Of a DNA stretch of 64,000 bases, positions 8,268-17,005 are shown in pieces. Origin of the DNA: Deltaproteobacteria bacterium (GTDB taxonomy: Bacteria; Desulfobacterota; Dissulfuribacteria; Dissulfuribacterales; QOAL01). The translations under genes and the position numbers were made by a program. The notes under the pieces were generated by a model. It searched no databases, was not told the origin of the DNA, and was given only the letters and a program-made list of their open reading frames with translations. Each line of letters starts with the position of its first letter. The first letter of the stretch is position 1. Location: positions 4,655-68,654 of the forward strand of contig JALWYS010000065.1 of the NCBI GenBank assembly GCA_027003115.1. Direction: 5' to 3'.

Positions 8268-11200
8268 ATGGCAAAAAGCGGTTCAATATTGGTCCTTGGA
8301 GGAGGCGTGGCTGGTGTTCAGGCTGCGCTGGACCTTTCCGAGCTTGGCTATTACGTCTACCTTGTGGAGAAAAAGGCGTCCATTGGCGGGGTTATGGCCC
8401 AACTGGACAAGACCTTTCCCACAAATGACTGTTCGTTGTGAATTTTAGCTCCCAAGCTTGTTGAGGCCGGTCGGTCTCCAAATATCGAAATACTCACAAA
8501 TGCCAAGTTAGAGGCCCTTGAGGGAAAGCCTGGAAGCTTTATTGCAAGGATTTACCAGGAACCCAGGTACATAAACGAGGATTTGTGCACTGCCTGCGGC
8601 ATGTGCACCATGTACTGTCCAAGGCCCGTGGTGGACACCTACAACGAGCGTCTGGACATTACAAGGGCCCCTCATATAGATTACGCTCAGGCGATTCCAT
8701 CCAGCTACTACATTGATGCAAAGGCGTGTCTCAGGGTGAACTATGAGACGTGTAACCTTTGTGCCCAGACCTGTACAGCAGGGGCCATAGACTTTACCCA
8801 GCAGCCAAAGGAACTGGATCTGAGTGTGGGTGCCGTGGTGCTGGCCCCTGGATTTGGCCGGGTTGACGAAAAGGTGCTGGAGAAGTTCGGTTATGGACGA
8901 TACCCGGATGTGCTCACATCCTTTGAGTTTGAAAGACTGACCTGTGCCTCTGGGCCAAGCGAAGGTCACATTGTTCGTCCATCGGACAACAAGCGCCCGA
9001 AAAAGATCGCCTTTCTCCAGTGCATAGGTTCAAGGGACGAGACCTGCGGAAACGGTTACTGTTCTTCCGTATGCTGCATGTACGCAATAAAGGAGGCCTC
9101 GGTCGCCAAGGAGCATGAGCCTGATCTTGACATATCCATCTTTTTCATGGACGTGCGTACCATGGGAAAGGGCTTTGATGATGCCAGAAAGCGCGCCCAG
9201 GAAAAATACGGCATAAATGTCATACGGGCAAGGGTTCCTAGGGTTGACCAAGTGGATGGAAAGCTTGCCCTTACCTGGACAACAGGTGACGGAGAGCACC
9301 ACTCCGGCCTTTTTGACATGGTTGTCCTCTCTGTTGGGCTTGAATCCCCGGAGGATGCCGATCTCATCTCCCGGGTGGCAGACATAGAGCTCAACCACTA
9401 TAATTTCTGTCGCACTTCAGTGGATGCGCCCCTTGTTTCTTCCAGAAACGGGGTGTTGGTGGCAGGTGCCTTCCAGGGGCCAAAGGACATCCCTGAATCT
9501 GTAACCCAGGCATCGGGTGCGGCCGCCATAGCCTCGGAACTGCTGGCAGAAGCAAGAAACAGCCAGACCGTAACGGTGACATACCCGGAAGAGGACAAGG
9601 CCCTTGAGGAGGAAGAGCCGCGCATTGGTGTTTTCGTCTGTCACTGCGGTGTGAATATCGCTGGAGTGGTGGATGTAAAGGCAGTGCGTGACTACGCAGG
9701 CACCCTTCCTGGGGTGGTGCTTTATGAGGACACGCTTTACTCCTGCTCACAGGATGCCCTTAAATCAATAGCTGAAAAGATCAAGGAGAACAGGCTAAAT
9801 AGGGTGGTCATATCCGCCTGTTCCCCAAGGACCCACGAGCCGCTCTTCCAGGAGACGCTTCGCTCCATAGGTCTTAATCCTGCCCTTGTGGAGATGGCCA
9901 ATATCAGGGACCAGTGTGCATGGGTCCATGCCCAGGAACCTGAAAAGGCCACGGAGAAGGCAAAGGACCTTGTTCGTATGGCCGTTGCAAAGGCACGGCT
10001 TCTTGCCCCCCTTGAACAGCCCACTGTGGATGTGACCCCATCCGCCCTTGTAATCGGCGCAGGCGCTGCAGGCATGTCTGCGGCCCTTTCCATAGCAGAT
10101 CAGGGTTACAAGGTGGTGCTCGTGGAAAAGGGAAGATCCCTTGGCGGAAACCTCAAGAGGCTTACCTGGACACTGGATGGACAGGATGCCTCCAAGGTCT
10201 TAAAAGACATGGTCAAGAAGGTAAAGGCCCACAGGAATATAGAAGTGCTGACCTCGGCCCAGGTAGAGTCTGTTTCCGGATACGTTGGAAACTTTACCAG
10301 CACCATAAGCAAGGGCGGCAAGACCCAGATGATAAACCACGGTGTAATAGTGCTTGCGACTGGTGGCCGTGAGTACAAGCCAAAGGGCTATGGCTACGGG
10401 GACAGCACCAGGGTCATGACCCAGCTAGAGCTGGAGGAGAAACTCGCCAGGGGCAAGGGTTTTTTAAGAAATGCCAAGAACGTTGTGATGATTCAGTGTG
10501 TCGGCTCCCGTGGAGACGACATGACCCACTGCAGCAGGCTTTGCTGCACCCAGGCGGTCAAAAATGCCTTGAAGCTCAAGGAGGCAAAGCCTGAGGTCAA
10601 CGTCTTTGTATTCTATAGAGACATGAGGACCTACGGCTTCTATGAGGATCTATACAGGGAAGCAAGGAAGAAGGGCGTAAAGTTCATTCGTTATACCTCC
10701 GACAGGAAGCCCGAGGTGATAAAGCTTTCCCGCGGCATAAAAGTAAGGGCCTACGATGAACTCATTGGCGATGACATAGAAATACCAGCAAGCCTTGTTG
10801 TCCTTTCAACAGGAATTGCACCTGGGGATAACCAGGAGCTTTCAAAAATTATCAAGGCACCCCTTACTTCAGATGGATTCTTCCTTGAGGCACATGCAAA
10901 GCTCAGGCCTGTGGAGGTGGCTGTTGACGGTGTTTACCTTTGCGGACTTGCCCACGGGCCAAAGAGCCTTGAGGAGTCGGTGGCACAGGCCAAGGCGGCT
11001 GCAGCCAAGGCCACCATTCCCCTTGCCAAGGGAAAGGTAGCGGTTGCTCCCATAGTATCAAAGGTGAATCAGGACCTCTGTATTGGCTGTGGTATTTGTG
11101 AAAGCCTCTGCCCCTTCAATGCCATAACTCTTGAGAAGGTTGGCAAGCGGAAAAAGGCCCGTACCATCACGGCCTCTTGCAAGGGTTGTGGAATCTGTGC

Positions 11201-11303
11201 CTCCCACTGTCCCACCATTGCCATATCCATGGGGGGCTTTACAGACGAGGCCATCATGGCCCAGATCCATGCCTTTTCGCCAGAAGGATGCGAGGAGGAA
11301 TAG
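8268..11303 (+). CDS. hdrA: HdrA-like heterodisulfide reductase subunit A; selenoprotein (UGA at 8439-8441) with a tandem two-module architecture of about 1011 aa
   Basis: ATG 8268 opens [68 protein letters not shown]. The frame is the same as ORF 8583..11303 and has no other stop. The TGA sits where the HdrA DCS(M/L)C-ILxPK motif has Cys/Sec. The second half repeats the HdrA N-terminal domain ([12 protein letters not shown]), an FAD fold ([14 protein letters not shown]) and a C-terminal 2x[4Fe-4S] ferredoxin. Confidence 0.88.
8463..8478 (+). promoter_or_regulatory. candidate bacterial SECIS apical hairpin for the hdrA UGA
   Basis: GAGGCC-GGUC-GGUCUC forms a 6-bp stem (one G-U pair) with a GGUC loop. 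The loop starts 30 nt after the U of UGA at 8439. Confidence 0.5.
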
Positions 11304-11306
11304 GGC

Positions 11307-12110
11307 ATGGCGCAGGAAAACGTTTTGGAAAAGGAGAACGAGATGGCCCAGGAGGGTTTTGAACCGAGGATATTGGGTTTTTTCTGCCACTGGTGCTGTT
11401 ACGCTGCTGCAGATGCAGCCGGTGTTTCAAGGTACCAGTACCCCCCGAACGTGCGTGTCATAAGGGTCATGTGTACAGGCAGGATAGACACACGTTTTAT
11501 CCTTGAGGCCTTCAGGTGCGGAGCAGACGGGGTCTTTACCGGCGGCTGACACCTCGGGGAGTGTCATTACCAGTCTGGTAATTACGAGGCAATGATAGTG
11601 GCAGAAACCTGCAAGCAGTTCCTTGCAGACTGTGGCATCAATCCTGACCGCCTTACCCTGGAGTGGGCATCTGCAGCAGAGGCGCCCCGATTCGTGGAAC
11701 TCATTACCGGTTACGTAAACAACATCAAGGAAAAGGGTGAGATAGGCGCTGCGGAAGGGGAGGTGGACTCTGCGACCATCAAGCGCAGGCTCAAGGCAGC
11801 GGTCAAGGCTGCTGAGGCAAGAAAGCCTAGGAGTGCCCTAGGTATGTTGGCCAAGAAGCTTCATAAGGATGGTGAATATTCAAAGGAGGCCATAGCCAAG
11901 GGTGTTTCCTCAAAGATTGTTCCTGCCCTCCGTGCAGAAAGGATCAAGGAGGAGATGATACTTCTCCTTAGGGATGGGCCCATGGATATTGATGCGCTCT
12001 GCAGTGCCCTTTCTGCAAAGAAAGAAGAGGTGGAAAAGCCCCTTTCACAGCTGCAGAAAAAGGGTGTTGTCGAGGAGCAGGATGGAAAGTTCAAACTTAC
12101 AGGCAAATAA
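11307..12110 (+). CDS. mvhD: MvhD-like (methyl-viologen-reducing hydrogenase delta subunit family) selenoprotein with a C-terminal extension; UGA at 11547-11549
   Basis: ORFs 11307..11549 and 11592..12110 share a frame and are joined by an open stretch. The sequence [37 protein letters not shown]...[19 protein letters not shown] aligns to the MvhD GCHxGDCHY motif, with TGA at the first Cys. GAGGAGG lies upstream of ATG 11307. Confidence 0.88.
11552..11589 (+). promoter_or_regulatory. candidate SECIS hairpin for the mvhD UGA
   Basis: The outer stem pairs CCUCG (11552-11556) with CGAGG (11585-11589). The inner perfect 7-bp stem pairs AUUACCA (11566-11572) with UGGUAAU (11576-11582) around a GUC loop. 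The loop lies 26 nt after the UGA. Confidence 0.6.
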
Positions 12111-12132
12111 GATTCGGTGACAGGAAAAAAAC

Positions 12133-12684
12133 ATGACTGTTCAAGCCGCTAAACTAAACAGTGATTTTATCAAGGACATAGCCGCCCATGAAGGGTGTGA
12201 GACCGCGGCCATGTGTTTTTCATGTGGCTCCTGTAGCGGCGTGTGTCCTGTAGAAAAGGTGGTGGATGATTTTGATCCGCGTAAGATCGTCCATATGGTG
12301 GGTCTTGGTATGGAGGATTCATTGATTAACGGTGAGACCATCTGGGCATGTTCTCAGTGCCAGAGCTGCATACCCGTTTGTCCCCAGAATGTTAGGTGCG
12401 CAGACATCATAAAGGCCCTAAGGGACGAGGCTCTTAAGCGAAAAAGCGTTGATCAGGAGCGTCTTAAGGCTCTTGGTCTCTTTGCAGTGGTTGATCCGGG
12501 AAAGTGCGTGGCCTGTCTCACCTGCGTAAGGCTTTGCCCCTTTGGGGCACCTTCCATGACCGAGGAGGGATACGCCGTGATAGAACCGGATCTTTGCCAT
12601 GCCTGTGGAATATGTGTGCTTGACTGTCCGGCACAGGCTATCTCGCTTGCGCCGTCACTTGAGGCAAAGGGGGCACAACAATGA
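12133..12684 (+). CDS. HdrC-like iron-sulfur protein fused to an extra 2x[4Fe-4S] ferredoxin domain
   Basis: Four CxxCxxCxxxCP-type motifs: CFSCGSCSGVCP, CSQCQSCIPVCP, CVACLTCVRLCP and CHACGICVLDCP. The first pair has HdrC-like spacing. Confidence 0.7.
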   Translation: MTVQAAKLNSDFIKDIAAHEGCETAAMCFSCGSCSGVCPVEKVVDDFDPRKIVHMVGLGMEDSLINGETIWACSQCQSCIPVCPQNVRCADIIKALRDEALKRKSVDQERLKALGLFAVVDPGKCVACLTCVRLCPFGAPSMTEEGYAVIEPDLCHACGICVLDCPAQAISLAPSLEAKGAQQ

Positions 12685-13046
12685 GCAAGATAAAGGGCTT
12701 TTGCTGTAACTATACCCTGAGCGTTGAGGTGGATGCTCTTAAAGAGGAGGGCCTTGTGCCAGAGGATCTTGAGATAGAAAGGCTTCCATGTACCGGGAGG
12801 TTAGAGGTTCCCGAGATACTGGATGCCTTCACCCAGGGGGCTGAGGCGGTTTTCGTTGTAGGCTGCCAGGTGGATAAGTGTCATAACCTTTCAGGTAGTT
12901 ACCGGGCATCAAAAAGGGTCAAGTATGCCAAGAAAATCCTTGAGGAACTTGATATGAATCCAGACCTTGTGGAGATGTTTTTTGCAGGGCGAGGAGAGAC
13001 AGAGCCAGTGGTAGAGGCTGCAAGAACCATGGCATCCAGGGCCTAG
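12681..13046 (+). CDS. mvhD: second MvhD/FlpD-family protein (all-Cys version)
   Basis: The pattern FCCNYT...LPCTGRLEVPEILDAFTQGAEAVFVVGCQVDKCHN parallels the MvhD fold and its Cys ligands. The start overlaps the upstream stop (ATGA). Confidence 0.8.
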   Translation: MSKIKGFCCNYTLSVEVDALKEEGLVPEDLEIERLPCTGRLEVPEILDAFTQGAEAVFVVGCQVDKCHNLSGSYRASKRVKYAKKILEELDMNPDLVEMFFAGRGETEPVVEAARTMASRA

Positions 13047-13097
13047 GATGGATGCCTTCAGGAATTAAAAGCATATAGGCTTTTGGAGTAAGGTCAC

Positions 13098-13766
13098 ATG
13101 ATAATAGCAGAAAGAAAACCCATGAAGGAGCTGCTGGAGATGGTCTCCGATGTAAAGAAGCTCCTGATAGTAGGCTGCCGGGGTTGCGTGGCAGTTTGCT
13201 CTGCAGGAGGCGACAAGGAGGTCAGCATCCTTTCAGCAGCATTGAGGCTTGGAGTTAAAAGGGCCGGTGGTGAAATAGAGATCCATGAAGATACCCTGGT
13301 TCGTCAGTGTGATCCAGAATACATAGATCCATTGAATGACAAGGGGGCAAAGTACGATGCAGTCCTTTCAATGGCGTGTGGCGTTGGGGTCAATTTTGTT
13401 GCCGACAGGTGTCCGGATGTAAATGTGCTGCCTGCTTTAAACACCACCTTTTACGGGGCAAATCTTTCAAGTGGGGAGTGGAAAGAGATGTGTGCAGGCT
13501 GTGGGGCCTGCGTCCTTCACCTGACTGGAGGCCTTTGCCCTGTGGCCAGGTGTGCAAAAAGCCTTTCCAACGGCCCGTGCGGCGGTTCCCAGGGTGGAAG
13601 ATGTGAGATCAACCCCGATGTGGACTGTATTTGGCAACAGATTTACGACAAACTATCCAGTATGAACCGTAAAGAGGAGCTCAGGCAGATTATGCCCATG
13701 AGGGACTGGACTACTGCTGGACATGGAGGGCCACGTCGGAGAATAAGGGAGGACTTGCTACCGTGA
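13098..13766 (+). CDS. metV: MetV, Cys-rich small subunit of acetogen-type methylene-THF reductase
   Basis: The N-terminus MIIAERKPMKELLEMV plus many Cys motifs (GCRGCVAVCS, CAGCGAC, CPVARCAK, GPCGG) are typical of MetV. It sits immediately 5' of metF with an overlapping TGATG junction. Confidence 0.8.
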   Translation: MIIAERKPMKELLEMVSDVKKLLIVGCRGCVAVCSAGGDKEVSILSAALRLGVKRAGGEIEIHEDTLVRQCDPEYIDPLNDKGAKYDAVLSMACGVGVNFVADRCPDVNVLPALNTTFYGANLSSGEWKEMCAGCGACVLHLTGGLCPVARCAKSLSNGPCGGSQGGRCEINPDVDCIWQQIYDKLSSMNRKEELRQIMPMRDWTTAGHGGPRRRIREDLLP

Positions 13767-16700
13767 TGTCTGGAAGCAATTTTGAAAACGTACTTCGTTC
13801 TGGGACCTTTGCAGTCACAGGCGAATTGGGGCCACCCAAAAGCGGCGATATGGAAGTTGTCAGGAGAAAGGCCAGGATTCTAAAGGGCCATGTGGATGCC
13901 GTAAACATCACAGACTGTCAGACTGCAATCGTGCGGATGTCGAGCCTTACTGCAGGTCTCATTGCCCTGTCTGAAGGGGTTGAGCCTGTCATGCAGATGA
14001 CCTGCCGTGACCGTAACAGAATCGGCATGCAGGCAGACATCCTTGGAGCCTCTGCCCTTGGAATAAAGAATCTTCTGTGTCTTACAGGCGACCATCAAAA
14101 GTTTGGGAATCATCCCCAGGCCAAGGGTGTCTTTGATATGGACTCCATTCAGCTCCTCCAGATGGTCAGGGGCATGAGGGATGAAAAACGGTTTCAGTGT
14201 GGCGAGGAGATAAAGAAGGCTGAGCCAAAACTCTTTCTTGGGTGTGCGGCAAATCCCTTTGCGGATCCCTTTGAGTTCAGACCTGTCAGGCTTGCAAAGA
14301 AGGTGGATGCAGGGGCAGACTTTGTCCAGACCCAGATCATATATAATGTGGAAAAGTTCAAGAAGTTCATGGAGATTGCCAGGGATCTTGGCCTCCATGA
14401 AAGGTGCTTCATACTGGCAGGTGTGACACCACCAAAGTCCCTGGGAATGGCCAGGTACATGAAGAAATTTGTTCCTGGGCTGGATGTTACGGACGATGTC
14501 ATACAACGTCTTCAGGACGCCAAAGACCAGAAGGAAGAGGGCATTGACATCTGTGTAGACATCATCAAGCAGGTCCAGGATATTCCAGGGGTTTCCGGTG
14601 TTCATGTAATGGCCATTGAGTGGGAAGAGGCTGTACCCGAGATAGTAAAGAGGGCAGGCCTTTCACAAAGGCCAGAACCCAAGGGCATAGAGCCTGTTCT
14701 TACAAGCGGTAGTGCCATTGACGAGGCAGTTGAAAAGGCCCGCAGGGAGGCCAGGCTTGAGCTTGAGGGCGAGCTTGAAAAGGTGAAGGCCGAGGCACAG
14801 GCCTCAAGAGATCTGCTGGCAAAAGAAAAAGAGAAGGTTGCCTCTGAGATTTCAAATCTCAAGAAGCAGGTAGAGGAGGCAAAGAGCATGGTAAGCCGTA
14901 AGGAGGCTGAAATACAAAAACTTACTGAGGAATTGCAAAAGGCAAAAGAGGCAGCTTTAGACACAGCTGCCCAAGCACCTGCAGCCTCTAAAGAGGCAAT
15001 AGCCGGAGAACAGGAGGCCACCGTTACGGTTTCTTCCGGCGCTTTGAGTGCCAGGGAACAGCAGGTGCTGAGTTCACTCAACAAGGGGCTTGTTGCCCTT
15101 AAGGAAGTCTTGGGGCTGAATGACGCCCAGTTCGAGGCCATGAGACGGTTCCTTGAGGCGGAGTTCATGCTCCAGCTTGGAACTGTAGTAAGGGAAACTA
15201 CACAGGTTGCGGAGGCTCCCCGGGTACAGCCTGAGGCGCCACCTGCCCCGGCTACCGAGGCACCTGTTGTGGAACCAGTGGAGGAGACAAGGCCTGCGGA
15301 AGAAGAAAAACCGCAAAGGCCCAAGGAGGTTGTGAATCTGGTTGCCCAGGGCAATGTGGCCCTTCATGCCAAGGATTTCAAGAAGGCCCTTGAGCTGTTT
15401 AAAAAGGCCCTTGAGATTTCCCCTGAAGATGAGAAGGCCAAGGAAGGGCTTGAAGCGGCAAGAAAAGCCCTTTTAGAGGAGAAAGAGGCAGCAGATAAGG
15501 CAGTGAAAATCAAGGAGGTTGAAGGTCTTCCTCCATGCCCTGAAGAGATAGACCCGGATGAGTGGAAGCGCAAGTGGATAATTCGTTTTACAGCCCGTGG
15601 TAACGTTGCCCTTATGAAGGGCGACTTTGAAACTGCAAAGAAGGAGTTTCAAAAAGCCCTTGATCTTGATCCAGATTATGAAAAGGCAAAGGATGGCCTA
15701 GCCAGGGCCGAAAAGGGCGAAGACATATTCGTACCTGATGTGAAGCCAGGCGAGGTTGAGGCTGCAGCTCCTGCCCCTGAAGAGAAAAAGATAGAGAAAG
15801 AGGTTGTAGAGGCAAAAGAGGAAAAGCCTGTTAAAGAGGAAGCTGTTGAGGAGAAACCGGCTCCGCCAAAAGAGGCAAAGGAAGAGGAAGTAAAAGAGGC
15901 ACCAAAGCCCAAGGCAAAGGTTGAGATAAGTGCTCCTGCCGGAGAGGGCGTCGGAGATCTGGAAGTGGCTCCGTTTCCAAAGGATGAGCCGCCACTTGAA
16001 GAGCGAGCCAAGGGTATTCCTGAGGAGGTTTACAAGGAGCCGTGCACTGGAGTTATTCAGAGTGTGACAATAGGGGATGGAGACAAGGCCATTACAGTGG
16101 GAGGAGAGACGGCCCTGCCTTTCCATGCCTTTGAAGGCGATATTCCCAACCTTCCAAGGACGGCCTTTGAGGTGCTCGATTCCCCACCCGAGGAATGGCC
16201 CGAAGTGCTCCTCAAGTATTATTCCGACGTTGTAAACGATTCAGCGGCCTGGGCCAGAAAGTGTGTCAACGAGTTTGGCGCCCAGGCAATATGTCTGTCC
16301 CTTGATTCAACAGATCCCAATGGTGCCAACGTGTCATCAGCGGATGCCGCCCAGGTGGCCAAAAAGGTCATAGAGGCCGTTGATGTTCCCATCATCCTGT
16401 GGGGCTGTGGTAATGCTGAAAAGGACACCGAGACCTTGCGTGAGATAACAGGGCTTGTTGAAAATAGAAATGTTTGTATAGGTCCTTTGACCGACGCCAA
16501 CTACCGCACCCTTGGGGCAACGGCCATGGCATTTCAGTATCCTGTTGTGGCCTCTACTCCCATAGATGTAAACCTTGCAAAACAGCTGAATATTCTCCTC
16601 GAAAACCTGGGTGTTCATCTAGACCATATCCTAATGGATCCGTCCATTGGCGCTGTGGGTTACGGGCTTGAGTACACCTATTCTGTAATGGAGAGAATAA

Positions 16701-16951
16701 GACTTGCTGCACTTACCCAGCAGGACGAGAAATTGTCACCGCCCATTATATGTAACCTGGGAAGAGAGGTATGGAAGGCCAAGGAAACAAGGCTTCCAAC
16801 CGATGCCGAGCTTGGCGACCAGGAGAAAAGGGGCGTGCTTATGGAGGCAATTACCGCCTCAACCCTCCTTCTTGCAGGGGGAGAGTTGACTGTTATGCGG
16901 CATCCAAAGGCCATAAACCTTACAAACGTCCTTGTTGAAGGGATGTTGTAA
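13763..16951 (+). CDS. metF-acsD: fusion protein: methylene-THF reductase MetF (aa 1 to about 300), a linker of about 450 aa (coiled coil, TPR-like, Pro/Glu/Lys-rich), and corrinoid Fe-S protein small subunit AcsD (aa about 750-1062)
   Basis: One uninterrupted 1062-codon ORF; the start is GTG 13763 or ATG 13766. The N-terminus (FAVTGELGPPKS, NITDCQTAIVRMSS, MQMTCRDRNR, LCLTGDH) is MetF. The C-terminus from about nt 16010 (TVGGETALPFHAFEG, PIILWGCGNAEKD, VASTPIDVNLAKQLN, MDPSIGAVGYGLEYTYS, VMRHPK) is AcsD/CfsB. Confidence 0.85.
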   Translation: MMSGSNFENVLRSGTFAVTGELGPPKSGDMEVVRRKARILKGHVDAVNITDCQTAIVRMSSLTAGLIALSEGVEPVMQMTCRDRNRIGMQADILGASALGIKNLLCLTGDHQKFGNHPQAKGVFDMDSIQLLQMVRGMRDEKRFQCGEEIKKAEPKLFLGCAANPFADPFEFRPVRLAKKVDAGADFVQTQIIYNVEKFKKFMEIARDLGLHERCFILAGVTPPKSLGMARYMKKFVPGLDVTDDVIQRLQDAKDQKEEGIDICVDIIKQVQDIPGVSGVHVMAIEWEEAVPEIVKRAGLSQRPEPKGIEPVLTSGSAIDEAVEKARREARLELEGELEKVKAEAQASRDLLAKEKEKVASEISNLKKQVEEAKSMVSRKEAEIQKLTEELQKAKEAALDTAAQAPAASKEAIAGEQEATVTVSSGALSAREQQVLSSLNKGLVALKEVLGLNDAQFEAMRRFLEAEFMLQLGTVVRETTQVAEAPRVQPEAPPAPATEAPVVEPVEETRPAEEEKPQRPKEVVNLVAQGNVALHAKDFKKALELFKKALEISPEDEKAKEGLEAARKALLEEKEAADKAVKIKEVEGLPPCPEEIDPDEWKRKWIIRFTARGNVALMKGDFETAKKEFQKALDLDPDYEKAKDGLARAEKGEDIFVPDVKPGEVEAAAPAPEEKKIEKEVVEAKEEKPVKEEAVEEKPAPPKEAKEEEVKEAPKPKAKVEISAPAGEGVGDLEVAPFPKDEPPLEERAKGIPEEVYKEPCTGVIQSVTIGDGDKAITVGGETALPFHAFEGDIPNLPRTAFEVLDSPPEEWPEVLLKYYSDVVNDSAAWARKCVNEFGAQAICLSLDSTDPNGANVSSADAAQVAKKVIEAVDVPIILWGCGNAEKDTETLREITGLVENRNVCIGPLTDANYRTLGATAMAFQYPVVASTPIDVNLAKQLNILLENLGVHLDHILMDPSIGAVGYGLEYTYSVMERIRLAALTQQDEKLSPPIICNLGREVWKAKETRLPTDAELGDQEKRGVLMEAITASTLLLAGGELTVMRHPKAINLTNVLVEGML

Positions 16952-17005
16952 AGGGGTTGTAAATAAAGACGCAAATTTTTGTACATAATTTAGAGAGGAA
17001 AAAAT

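Noticed and set aside
8583-11303. The ORF-track pieces 8583..11303, 11307..11549 / 11592..12110 and 21535..24051 / 24142..25692, treated as independent genes.
   Set aside because: Each pair is in one frame, separated only by a TGA at a known Cys/Sec position (DCSL-U, GG-U-HLGECHY, NCARV-U-H). A hairpin follows each TGA. I merged them into single Sec-containing CDSs.
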